Virus record (IMG/VR): IMGVR_UViG_3300037067_022526
Coordinates: 64,001-128,000 of that record
Direction: 5' to 3' (one strand)
DNA from: a virus
Taxonomy: Duplodnaviria; Caudoviricetes
DNA length: 64,000 nt
Below the pieces are notes generated by a model. It ran no database searches, was not told where the DNA came from, and saw only the letters and a list, made by a program, of their open reading frames with translations. Positions 29,389-38,282 of this stretch are shown here, piece after piece (positions within the stretch are counted from its first letter, which is position 1; each line of letters opens with the position of its first letter). Made by a program: the position numbers and the translations under genes.

Positions 29389-30113
29389 AAAAGTCTAACG
29401 TTTTAGTAGTGACGATGACTCATTCGAAACGACTGGAACATCTTCCTACAATTTTGCGGGAACTTAAAGAACAAACTTATTGTTGCGATTATTGCGTCTG
29501 GAACAACAGTGAACACAATATATTCTTCGACAATATAAGGGTTTTTCGTGGATTCAACGATCTCAACCCGATGCAGCGATTTGTGCCTGCCGTTATATCA
29601 GACTATGAGTATATTTTTTATTGTGATGATGATATTCGAGTGGGAAAACAATTTGTTGAATTTGCAATTTCATATTTATCCAATAGAAACTCGACAATTT
29701 TAGTAGCGGGTGGCAGCTTGATACTCAGGCCAACCGATGATGGCGGGTTTCAAAGAGATGAACATTGGGGAGTTTCAGAACTAAACAATAAAGAAATTCT
29801 AGTTGATATTGGTGCATCAGGATCGGTATTTTGCAAATCTAATTTGTTAAGGCCGGTTTTTATGGTACATATTCCATATGAAATTATGAGCACTGATATT
29901 GCAATGTCTGTTGCACATCATTTATATAACCATGGCGATCTAATAATACCTCCCCATGATGGTGATTCGACTCGTATGATAGAAAATTTTCATCCGTGGC
30001 ATTCAACCGGCAAGAACTCATCTCCTAATTTCACCAGTACTAAAAACGGTTTATTGCGGTATATTATTCAGACCACAAAATGGATTCCCCCATCATGGCA
30101 ACGAAAGCAGTAA
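29385..30113 (+). CDS. GT-A glycosyltransferase-like protein
   Basis: FYCDDD motif, EQT..VWNN. Confidence 0.6.
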   Translation: MKKSNVLVVTMTHSKRLEHLPTILRELKEQTYCCDYCVWNNSEHNIFFDNIRVFRGFNDLNPMQRFVPAVISDYEYIFYCDDDIRVGKQFVEFAISYLSNRNSTILVAGGSLILRPTDDGGFQRDEHWGVSELNNKEILVDIGASGSVFCKSNLLRPVFMVHIPYEIMSTDIAMSVAHHLYNHGDLIIPPHDGDSTRMIENFHPWHSTGKNSSPNFTSTKNGLLRYIIQTTKWIPPSWQRKQ

Positions 30114-31048
30114 TTCTTCATTATGGTAGCAATGATTTTTCCGATGTATATCAGAATGCGTCTAGAATTTTAGATGAAGAATACAACATTCGATCTGTCT
30201 GTGCGCTAGATAATAAATCATTGGTTTCTCAGGTTAAGAATTTTCAAAAGAAATATCAGAAAGTATTGCTGGTTAGCCATGATTTGCTACCGTTTGACAC
30301 ACTGAAAGAATGTTTATTCGAGAATGTATATTATTTTGGTGGCCAAACTCTTTCAAAGCGACATCAGATCCAAACGCTTCGATCGTATAAAATAAATGTT
30401 CCAGAAGATATAGCATTTCCATCTGATATTAAAGATGTTTTTAGTAAACTCGGTAATCATGTAATTGCCGGTCCAGACACTTACGCGGCGTCATCTAACC
30501 AACTAATCAATTTTTTAGTGTATGACCCAGTAAAAAATAAGATAAAATACAAAAGGGCAGGGGATGATGACAACTCTGTTATGTTCGGAAAGTTTCATGA
30601 AATGTATTCATATGAATTCACTAATTGGAATAGATATTATTACACTAAATATGTTGGATCATCTGGTCCAATATATTGGCGGGCTAAAATTGAATCAATA
30701 TTCGGCGAATATATTATGGGGTATGTCATGGAATCGCATGAGAATGCTCCGTCGGCACCTTTTATTAGGCTCAACGAATCAATTATTACAGAGCCAACAG
30801 AAACAATGATCTCTCTGGGAAAGAAAATATCTTCTATAATGGCAACCGAACATCAATGTGGATTTATCAGTGTTGACATGGTATTGGATTGCCCGCCAAC
30901 ATTGGCCACCGAATCCAATATATTCGTTGTTGAGACTAATTTAATGTTGGTCGGACTTTACTACAATCCGTTTAAAGTCAATCGCAGCAATGGAATTGCA
31001 CTGGGATGCTACAACTTTTTAGAAAACCATATGAATTGCCCTGTATGA
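30095..31048 (+). CDS. ATP-grasp-like protein
   Basis: K..Q...L....INVP, GFISVD, FVVETN. Confidence 0.45.
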   Translation: MATKAVILHYGSNDFSDVYQNASRILDEEYNIRSVCALDNKSLVSQVKNFQKKYQKVLLVSHDLLPFDTLKECLFENVYYFGGQTLSKRHQIQTLRSYKINVPEDIAFPSDIKDVFSKLGNHVIAGPDTYAASSNQLINFLVYDPVKNKIKYKRAGDDDNSVMFGKFHEMYSYEFTNWNRYYYTKYVGSSGPIYWRAKIESIFGEYIMGYVMESHENAPSAPFIRLNESIITEPTETMISLGKKISSIMATEHQCGFISVDMVLDCPPTLATESNIFVVETNLMLVGLYYNPFKVNRSNGIALGCYNFLENHMNCPV

Positions 31049-32064
31049 TTTATTATGCAAATAGAGATCCAGTCCAATATTTACAAAATAAGCCCGATTT
31101 GATTGACCACTCTATAATTTCGGTTGCTGGTGGGATGGGATATATTCACTTTTTGAATGAACATACTCAAAACCTGTTAGTGGTAGACAGAGACCAGCAA
31201 AACCTTGATTATAATCAACATATATGTGAATTAATACAGAATTCTAGTTCTCTTCAGGAATTTTGTACAACTATACGAGCACAGCAGCAAAATAGTGGTA
31301 TTAAAATATATTATGACTGCAACACAGACGTAACGCAACAACTAATGAGTTATCATTGGTATTTTGGGACCAATCATCCGTATTCTGCTTTTTATGATGA
31401 GAATTCTTTTGTTAAAATGAAAAGAAAAATTACATTGGCCAGATTCATATTAGCAGATTTGTCAAAGATTAATTATTCTCACTGGCAAAGGAATGCAACA
31501 TATGTATATGTTTCTAATGCAGATTGGAATATCTACAATAAATCTGATGGTATTTTACATCAAATTATTTCAAGCATGAAAATGAATTCTATTATATATT
31601 ATCGATCTTGGTATCGGTCTCTTACTCTCAGGCCCGGAATGCACCACATAGATGCTGCCGCAAAGTTAATACCGTATACGACCAATAGATCTATTACAGA
31701 AATCAAAACACATAACGGATATACATTTAAGACTGGCGAGTTACACGAAAAATCCAAGCGCATTTTGTGTTTCAACGAGCAGCCTACCCAGTCTGGAATA
31801 TGTGATTGTTTATTATATCACATTTCATTGGATAAATCTGACGATTATGAATTGGTTATTAAGAGCTATTTCAATGATATATTGGGATCCTATAAAAGAA
31901 TTATCATATTAGATCACAGCAGCAATGCCAGTGAAATTCAGTGGATAAAATATCTCAAAGATATTAATTTCCACTACTCATATCAATTATGTGGAATTGA
32001 ATGGTCTGGCGGAAAGACGAGTCTAGATCGTAATTTTATTATGATATGGGATTTGCGGCGTTGA
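31045..32064 (+). CDS. Hypothetical protein (possible SAM-fold)
   Basis: SVAGGMG..VVD motif; island context. Confidence 0.5.
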   Translation: MIYYANRDPVQYLQNKPDLIDHSIISVAGGMGYIHFLNEHTQNLLVVDRDQQNLDYNQHICELIQNSSSLQEFCTTIRAQQQNSGIKIYYDCNTDVTQQLMSYHWYFGTNHPYSAFYDENSFVKMKRKITLARFILADLSKINYSHWQRNATYVYVSNADWNIYNKSDGILHQIISSMKMNSIIYYRSWYRSLTLRPGMHHIDAAAKLIPYTTNRSITEIKTHNGYTFKTGELHEKSKRILCFNEQPTQSGICDCLLYHISLDKSDDYELVIKSYFNDILGSYKRIIILDHSSNASEIQWIKYLKDINFHYSYQLCGIEWSGGKTSLDRNFIMIWDLRR

Positions 32065-33028
32065 TATACTTATCCACATTGCCCAGTATACTATCAACTG
32101 TATCGTCCGTCCTGATTGTTGAAATTGCTGATTGTTTTACTATTTCATCAACGAATAAATTTTCCTCAACCATTGTTGGGACAACAGAGAAAAATGTATG
32201 AGCATCTCGTCGTCCGGCATAACAACACCGTTTTGTGAGCAATTCAATTTTGGGTAGAATTGGAAATGATCTGGCGACAAAAACTGAATTTTGTTTACCG
32301 GACAATTCAGCGATAGGGATATTTCCTCCGGGAGATAAAGTATAATTGGCGATAATTCCGTACATATCGATATAATTGTCATATAACTGTAATGAGCCGA
32401 TGCTGACATCTGCTACTGCGATGGATGCGCTGTCATTGTTGATATATTTAGCAAAAGCGTCGCTAATTTTTACCTCTTTATACCCGCTTCTCTGTATTCG
32501 AGTATTGAAATCATTGTTTTTATAACCAACGGGCACAACAAATTCTTGATATCCGTTAACTTTATACCACGCAGTCCTTTCAAAACTAGAACTATTTCTA
32601 AACCGAGCAAAAGTATTATCTGAAACTAGATGCATTATGATTTCAAGATAATGAGCGTCAGGTAATATATATGGGTCGGCCACCACCACAACATCGGATG
32701 TTGATCTGGTGACAGCATAATTTATTGCGTGCGGAATATTGAATGTTGCTGTATTTTCCAATCTTAAAATAGTAATCTTGTCAAAAACATCGTAACCGTT
32801 TTTGCTCTTTTCCTCTGACGTATTTATTTTGATATTATACTTTTGGGCTACTGGCATAATGTTATTATATACAGGTTCATCGGAACTATAATCAACCAAT
32901 ACTATATCAAAGGTTTTGTAAGTCTGGGATATCCAGAATGGCACCGAAAATCTCAATACCTCTGAGCAGTTGAAGCAGGGTATAATTACTGAAGCTTTTT
33001 TTGAATAATAGTTCATTATATTTCCCAT
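32039..33028 (-). CDS. GT-A glycosyltransferase, paralog of 27583..29388
   Basis: IIPCFN..VDYSS..FNIPHAIN..VNGYQE. Confidence 0.75.
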   Translation of the reverse strand: MGNIMNYYSKKASVIIPCFNCSEVLRFSVPFWISQTYKTFDIVLVDYSSDEPVYNNIMPVAQKYNIKINTSEEKSKNGYDVFDKITILRLENTATFNIPHAINYAVTRSTSDVVVVADPYILPDAHYLEIIMHLVSDNTFARFRNSSSFERTAWYKVNGYQEFVVPVGYKNNDFNTRIQRSGYKEVKISDAFAKYINNDSASIAVADVSIGSLQLYDNYIDMYGIIANYTLSPGGNIPIAELSGKQNSVFVARSFPILPKIELLTKRCCYAGRRDAHTFFSVVPTMVEENLFVDEIVKQSAISTIRTDDTVDSILGNVDKYINAANPIS

Positions 33029-33702
33029 TTTTTATCTAACGTAGAATATTTATATTTTCTAAGGAAATGATCGTAACCCTTTTTTTGATATATACTATGC
33101 GGATCATGTAATTTGTAGAATTCATACCTTTCCATTATACGGGATGAAGAACAAAGGCTGAAATGGTAAATTTTTGATGATAGATGATAGGTATCATACC
33201 CGGTTTTTGTTGGAAATCTAGATGTATGTAATCTATCAATATCTGATAGATTATAATGCCCATCTGTCATTCTGGAAATAATTGTAGTTTTGTGATTCAC
33301 ATAAATTCCTTGAGTAATATAATGATGTTCATCCGGATACAACGTTATCATATCAGCGGTATAATAATCATTCTCTGGAATAGACCCCAATTCATCTATA
33401 AATGATTCATCTAAAATTTCATCAAGATCAAGATATAAAGAAAATTGTTTTCGGGTTGTTAGTGCCATAGAATGCAAAGATTCTCTATCACATACTTCAC
33501 TAAAATTACACTTAGATGTTTTTTGTGCAATATAGGCACATTTGGGATGACCCTTTAATTTATCATAGCAATGAGTGTCTGTTGATCTGTCATCTATAGC
33601 AACAAAACAATCACAATATTGCATATTATAATGCATAAACCTGTCAATCAGGTCGTTTGAATTTCTAAATCTAAAAATAAGTACAATATCTGATATATTC
33701 AC
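33016..33702 (-). CDS. GT2-family glycosyltransferase
   Basis: IDDRSTD, LDLDE. Confidence 0.7.
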   Translation of the reverse strand: MNISDIVLIFRFRNSNDLIDRFMHYNMQYCDCFVAIDDRSTDTHCYDKLKGHPKCAYIAQKTSKCNFSEVCDRESLHSMALTTRKQFSLYLDLDEILDESFIDELGSIPENDYYTADMITLYPDEHHYITQGIYVNHKTTIISRMTDGHYNLSDIDRLHTSRFPTKTGYDTYHLSSKIYHFSLCSSSRIMERYEFYKLHDPHSIYQKKGYDHFLRKYKYSTLDKKWEI

Positions 33703-33704
33703 GG

Positions 33705-34295
33705 TTATTTATGCATGTAAATTGTGGCATCGTTGTTTAGATATTCTTGTTTTATGACTACATTATTGGAAATCGATTTGCAATAACTCAATATTTCATC
33801 TGGATCTCTATATATATAATCATCTAGTTTGTGTTTTGCGTGAATGCTTATAAAATTAAATGCTACGCCTATTTTACATAACTTAAACATTTTGTCGATG
33901 GTCGCCCACATCCATTCTGTGTGATGTGCTGTTGGACTACTGAAAATTCCTGATGCTACTACATAGTCAAATTGCGAATCAATGGTTTCATCGAGAATAT
34001 CCAACACAAAAACATTTGCATCGGGATATCTCTGTTTTGCTATTTGTATTCTTGCCGGATCGATATCAACTCCGGTATAATTTGTATCCCTCTGTATGTG
34101 CTTGAACAAATCTGCGTATCCGCATCCTACATCTAAAACGGTTTTATGCGACCAGTCACCGATCCCCTTAAGTATATCAAACCGAGTTTCTTGAGTGCAA
34201 CAGCTATACCATCCGAGTATTTTGGGATGTTCGGAGAACATATCAGACAGTATCGCATTAAAATTTATGATTTCAAGTTTATCTTCTTCAAACAT
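33705..34295 (-). CDS. Class I SAM-dependent methyltransferase
   Basis: VLDVGCGYAD, YTGVDI, FDYVVASGIF. Confidence 0.88.
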   Translation of the reverse strand: MFEEDKLEIINFNAILSDMFSEHPKILGWYSCCTQETRFDILKGIGDWSHKTVLDVGCGYADLFKHIQRDTNYTGVDIDPARIQIAKQRYPDANVFVLDILDETIDSQFDYVVASGIFSSPTAHHTEWMWATIDKMFKLCKIGVAFNFISIHAKHKLDDYIYRDPDEILSYCKSISNNVVIKQEYLNNDATIYMHK

Positions 34296-34335
34296 GATAT
34301 ATTATACACTTTTGAAAAATTTTAGAGGAATCTGC

Positions 34336-34363
34336 TTGACTTCCGGTGAATAGTGGGTATAAT
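34336..34363 (+). promoter_or_regulatory. sigma70 promoter of the tRNA cluster
   Basis: TTGACT-16-TATAAT. Confidence 0.75.
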
Positions 34364-34369
34364 TAGGCA

Positions 34370-34400
34370 GTCGCGCCTTGATAGGCGTGTGGATTGTAAG
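34370..34400 (+). repeat. Solitary canonical type I-C-like CRISPR repeat
   Basis: GTCGCGCCTTGATAGGCGTGTGGATTGTAAG against the canonical pattern GTCGCGCC-loop-GGCGCGTGGATTGAAAC. Confidence 0.65.
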
Positions 34401-34409
34401 GAGATTATC

Positions 34410-34478
34410 GTGAAACGAGAGCTAGACAGATTATATTGTTTGCTGGATTGGTACCTCCGAAAGGAGGTGGCTGCCTAA
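34410..34478 (+). CDS. Putative attenuator leader peptide MKRELDRLYCLLDWYLRKEVAA
   Basis: AAGGAG 6 nt before GTG; codons match the downstream tRNA anticodons; followed by a terminator. Confidence 0.7.
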   Translation: MKRELDRLYCLLDWYLRKEVAA

Positions 34479-34500
34479 GACTCGTTTCGCTTTTTCTATG

Positions 34501-34540
34501 AGTCCCCGGTAGCCCAAGAGCTTCCGGGGACTTTTCTTTT
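34501..34540 (+). terminator. Intrinsic terminator immediately before the first tRNA
   Basis: AGTCCCCGG..CCGGGGACT hairpin followed by TTTCTTTT. Confidence 0.8.
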
Positions 34541-34541
34541 G

Positions 34542-34616
34542 GGCAGAGTAGACCAATTGGCAGGAGTCGCAAAGCTCAAACCTTTGAATGTGCGGGTCCG
34601 AGTCCCGCCTCTGCTA
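34542..34616 (+). tRNA. tRNA-Leu(CAA), short variable arm
   Basis: Cloverleaf; anticodon arm CAAAG-CTCAAAC-CTTTG; A73; no encoded CCA. Confidence 0.85.
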
Positions 34617-34623
34617 TTTTTTT

Positions 34624-34698
34624 GGCCGGGTAGACCAACGGCAGGAGTCGTCGAGCTTAGAACTCGAACAGTGTTGGGTTCAAATCCCACCCCGGCTA
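34624..34698 (+). tRNA. tRNA-Leu(TAG), short variable arm
   Basis: TCGAG-CTTAGAA-CTCGA; TTCAAAT T-loop. Confidence 0.85.
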
Positions 34699-34701
34699 TT
34701 C

Positions 34702-34794
34702 GCAGGAGAGGCCACTGTTGGATATGAGTGGCGCGAGACTGTAAATCTCGTCCCTTTGTGGTAAACATCGGCGGTTCGATTCCGTCCTCCTGCA
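34702..34794 (+). tRNA. tRNA-Tyr(GTA)
   Basis: CGAGA-CTGTAAA-TCTCG; long variable region; extended D-stem. Confidence 0.85.
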
Positions 34795-34808
34795 TTTTCA
34801 AAATATTT

Positions 34809-34883
34809 GGGCTATTGGAGGAGTCTGGAGTCCTCATCTCCCTGTCACGGAGAAAATCATGGGTTCAAATCCCATATAGCCCG
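34809..34883 (+). tRNA. tRNA-Asp(GTC)
   Basis: TCTCC-CTGTCAC-GGAGA; G73. Confidence 0.92.
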
Positions 34884-34888
34884 TAAAT

Positions 34889-34962
34889 GGCGACGTAGAC
34901 CAACGGCAGGAGTCATCAAGCTTAAGCCTTGAACAGTGTGAGTTCGAATCTCACCGTCGCTA
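34889..34962 (+). tRNA. tRNA-Leu(TAA), short variable arm
   Basis: TCAAG-CTTAAGC-CTTGA; TTCGAAT T-loop. Confidence 0.88.
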
Positions 34963-34966
34963 TTTT

Positions 34967-35035
34967 AGGACAGCCAGCAGCCTGGACCTGAGACTCCAAA
35001 TCTCAGAGGAAGGGGGCAGCACCCTTCTGGTCCTG
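34967..35035 (+). tRNA. Atypical tRNA-Trp(CCA)
   Basis: CTGAGA-CTCCAAA-TCTCAG anticodon arm, G73; reduced D-arm, non-canonical T-loop, bulged acceptor stem. Confidence 0.6.
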
Positions 35036-35096
35036 TTGTCTCAATCAACACAAGGAGAACAAAGATGAGAGACTAGATGAAAATCACTGTGATAGG

Positions 35097-35450
35097 ATGT
35101 ATTATTGTGACACAAAAACATGGGAAACGGTTGGACCCACGACCATCCAAAAAATTTGGTGGGGACTAGAGATATGCACTTTTGGATGGCATATAGACAA
35201 TTGGTGGGAGCATTGGGGAATCAGTATTTGCTGGTCGTCTCATTGGGTAGGACAGTCAAAGTGGTGGGATTTTGTGGTTACATGGGGCAGGCAATACCGT
35301 GGCCGAGTTAAGTATTATTTCAAGAGATTTGAAAAATCGCAGTTTCCTAAGTGGCTTGGCAATCAATGTCGGCTGCCCTTTGGACTACGTTCTTTTCATC
35401 TTTATCTTAATAAACAGAATGTCCCATTCTATCTTCGGTTGTCGTGGTAA
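35097..35450 (+). CDS. Trp-rich hypothetical protein
   Basis: 14 Trp in 117 aa; lies within the tRNA cluster; start uncertain. Confidence 0.4.
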   Translation: MYYCDTKTWETVGPTTIQKIWWGLEICTFGWHIDNWWEHWGISICWSSHWVGQSKWWDFVVTWGRQYRGRVKYYFKRFEKSQFPKWLGNQCRLPFGLRSFHLYLNKQNVPFYLRLSW

Positions 35451-35456
35451 ACAAAA

Positions 35457-35527
35457 GACTCAGTGGATGAGCGGATAGTCTCAAGTCTGCAAAACTTGCT
35501 ACGCGGGTTCGAATCCCGCCTGAGTCT
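35457..35527 (+). tRNA. tRNA-Cys(GCA)
   Basis: CAAGT-CTGCAAA-ACTTG; U73. Confidence 0.9.
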
Positions 35528-35581
35528 TATATATCACATTATTCCGCTTGACTTTTTTTGAATCTGTGTTATCATATCTGC

Positions 35582-36187
35582 ATGAAACAATATCCGACCA
35601 TTTCGAAAGTGATTCGCCGAGATATTGATATCTATGCGTTTGATAAGTTCGACGGGTCTAATATTCGAGCAGAATGGACAAGAAAGAATGGGTTTTTTAA
35701 GTTTGGTAGCAGAAACGTGTTAATCGATGATAAGCACAAAGATCTTGGCAAATCGATTTCTTTGATGCAGTCCAAATACGAAGACGATTTAAGTAATATA
35801 TTCCGCAAAGAGCGATTTGACAAAGTTACCTGCTTTTTTGAATTCTTTGGACCGAATTCATTTGGCGGACAGCATAACCCAAACGATGACCATTCAATTA
35901 TTTTGCTTGATATCAATCCGCACAAAAGGGGCATATTAGACCCCCGACAATTCTTGAAAATGGTTGGACATTTGGACGTTCCACGACTATTATATCAAGG
36001 TAAGGCAAATGCCGAATTCGAGAATTCAGTTCGGGATAGTTCTATAAATATTACTTTTGAAGGTGTTGTTTGTAAAGGCATGTATCGTAATACCTTAGTA
36101 ATGTTCAAAATTAAAAGTAATGCATGGATCGAAAAGCTAAAACAATTTTGTGGCGGTGATCTAAAATTGTTTGAGGAATTGTATTGA
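35582..36187 (+). CDS. RNA ligase (Rnl2-like nucleotidyltransferase domain)
   Basis: KFDGSN (motif I), FFEFFG, EGVVCK, FKIK. Confidence 0.75.
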   Translation: MKQYPTISKVIRRDIDIYAFDKFDGSNIRAEWTRKNGFFKFGSRNVLIDDKHKDLGKSISLMQSKYEDDLSNIFRKERFDKVTCFFEFFGPNSFGGQHNPNDDHSIILLDINPHKRGILDPRQFLKMVGHLDVPRLLYQGKANAEFENSVRDSSINITFEGVVCKGMYRNTLVMFKIKSNAWIEKLKQFCGGDLKLFEELY

Positions 36188-36864
36188 CGATTTTGATAAA
36201 ATTTATTATTCAGATTATTGTCTCAGCGCCCGTTTTAGTATGCCATGTCGAAAATACGTGGGATGGTGCAAACACCGTAAAAGAACAAATAAACGAAATC
36301 GCTCAAAATTATCACACAGTATGTTTCGTCTCAGACAGGGATTCTGTGCCTCTGACCCGTTGTGATGAAATTTATACCGCTCCAGCAGGTATGACAAGCT
36401 ACAATATTAACTATCCGTTTGCTTTTATTTGTGGCGGATATCGCAAAGCTTGTTTTAAAAATTTTGTAGAATCGTTGCAAGAGGATAATCCGTCGGTTTT
36501 TTTAATTCCGATCAATGGTTGCATCTATTAGGAGAAAACATGAGAGAATTAAGTCCCGATTTTGATGATGACGATTATGATGTGATACTCGAATGGGGTG
36601 AGGCCAAGGTTACTTGTGATTGGCTAAAGGATGATTTTCCGCTATGGACATTGTCGTGGAAGCCTGGTTTTATTAGCTTTTGGGGTATTGAACCCGAGGA
36701 CGAGAAATCTGCCCGTAAAGCAGCAGCACTTTTTATTTATCTGTGGACCAGAGGAGTAGATGCTGGTTTAGCTGAGAAATGTGGCAATGCATATGCTTTG
36801 CATTATGAAGAAGGCAGCATCAGGAAACTTCAATATAAAGAAGACATCGAAAACCTACCGATTA

Positions 36865-37812
36865 ATGACAAAAAAGATTAAAATTTACGACTGTTCCAAT
36901 TCGTCCGACAGACCACCGCATCGTGGTTATGGTGGTGCTGTTGAAAATGCCTGTGTTAGTATGTTAAAGCAGAATGCTTATAAATTTGGATTTGAATTTG
37001 TTTCCGATCCAAATAAAGCAGACGTTTTGTTCACCAACGACGTATATCCTCAAAGTTTGTTGTATCTCAACAAACCTAGAGTGAAAAGAATGGACGGTAT
37101 ATATTGGCAATCTGATCTAAAAGAAAGAAATGGCAAATTAAGCGCTGCTGCCCTCCTGTCAGATATGGTTATTTTCATCTCTGGCTTTAGTCAAAAATCC
37201 TATTTCAATATGTGTGGCCCCTTACAGTGCAGTAAAGTCGTATTAAACGCTGTCGATAATAATGTATTTTATAGAATTACACCAAAAATTATCAAACAAA
37301 AACCTGAGGTCTGGGCAGCTGCTGCGACTCATTGGGAAAGACCAGAAAAAAGGCTGAAAAATATCTGTCAATTTGCCGAAATTATTCAAAAAGATAGAGC
37401 AATGCTTTATTTGGTGGGCGCTGTTCCTTCGGATATTGAACTGCCCTTTAACGTTATACCTCTAGGATATTTGTCTCCTATGGATTGGAATTTTGTTTTG
37501 AATTTGTCGGATGCTTTTATAAATTTATCTTATCGGGATGCCGCACCCAAAGTAGTATTGGAAGCTTGTCGTTGTGAATTACCAATTCTACTCGCAAACA
37601 GCGGCGGCGTTCCAGAATTGTGTGATGGAATAGAAATTGACGATCCAGCATCTGACTGGTATGAGGACTCAGTGCCTCAACTGGATAAATCGAAAATTTC
37701 CGATGGATATCGTCTTATGTTGGAAAATTTTACAAACACGGCTAAAGTAGATCAAAATACTGATCAAAAAATGCTTACTGGATATTTTGACACTTTCAGA
37801 GAACTGGTATGA
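36865..37812 (+). CDS. GT-B (GT4-like) glycosyltransferase
   Basis: D..PKVVLEA....LP......GGVPE motif. Confidence 0.8.
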   Translation: MTKKIKIYDCSNSSDRPPHRGYGGAVENACVSMLKQNAYKFGFEFVSDPNKADVLFTNDVYPQSLLYLNKPRVKRMDGIYWQSDLKERNGKLSAAALLSDMVIFISGFSQKSYFNMCGPLQCSKVVLNAVDNNVFYRITPKIIKQKPEVWAAAATHWERPEKRLKNICQFAEIIQKDRAMLYLVGAVPSDIELPFNVIPLGYLSPMDWNFVLNLSDAFINLSYRDAAPKVVLEACRCELPILLANSGGVPELCDGIEIDDPASDWYEDSVPQLDKSKISDGYRLMLENFTNTAKVDQNTDQKMLTGYFDTFRELV

Positions 37813-38240
37813 TCAAATTTTGGAGAACAACAGACAAATATGGTCCGCTGTCAAATTTCGCACAATTTGGTTTTGTGTTAGACGGAAAATATTATCAAAC
37901 AAGTGAGCATTACTATCAATCTCAAAAATCGTTAGACCCAGCAATTCAAGAAAAAATACGCACTCAAAAAACTCCCAAATTATCCAAGCAATTAGCCTCG
38001 ACAATTCAATTAAGGCCCGATTGGGAAGATATCAAATATCAAATTATGTTCAAAGCATTGAAAGCAAAATTCACCCAGACTGCTTCGCTCAAAGGTCTTC
38101 TGCTCGAAACAGGAGATGAGATTCTGGTTGAAGATAGTCCTTATGATTGTATATGGGGGTGTGGGCGCGATGGAACGGGCCAGAATCTCCTGGGAAAGTG
38201 CCTCACGGAAGTCAGAAACTGGCTTAGAGAATCATCTTGA
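37809..38240 (+). CDS. NADAR (YbiA-like) protein
   Basis: LSNF, TSEHYYQSQK, RPDWE, LLETG..LVEDSP.D..WG..GQNLLG. Confidence 0.92.
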   Translation: MIKFWRTTDKYGPLSNFAQFGFVLDGKYYQTSEHYYQSQKSLDPAIQEKIRTQKTPKLSKQLASTIQLRPDWEDIKYQIMFKALKAKFTQTASLKGLLLETGDEILVEDSPYDCIWGCGRDGTGQNLLGKCLTEVRNWLRESS

Positions 38241-38282
38241 CAAATAATACATTTGAGGTATAATAGAAGAAGAGGACGAAGA

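Noticed and set aside
34496-34837. ORFs 34496..34837(-) and 34539..34727(+)
   Set aside because: They overlap well-formed tRNA genes.
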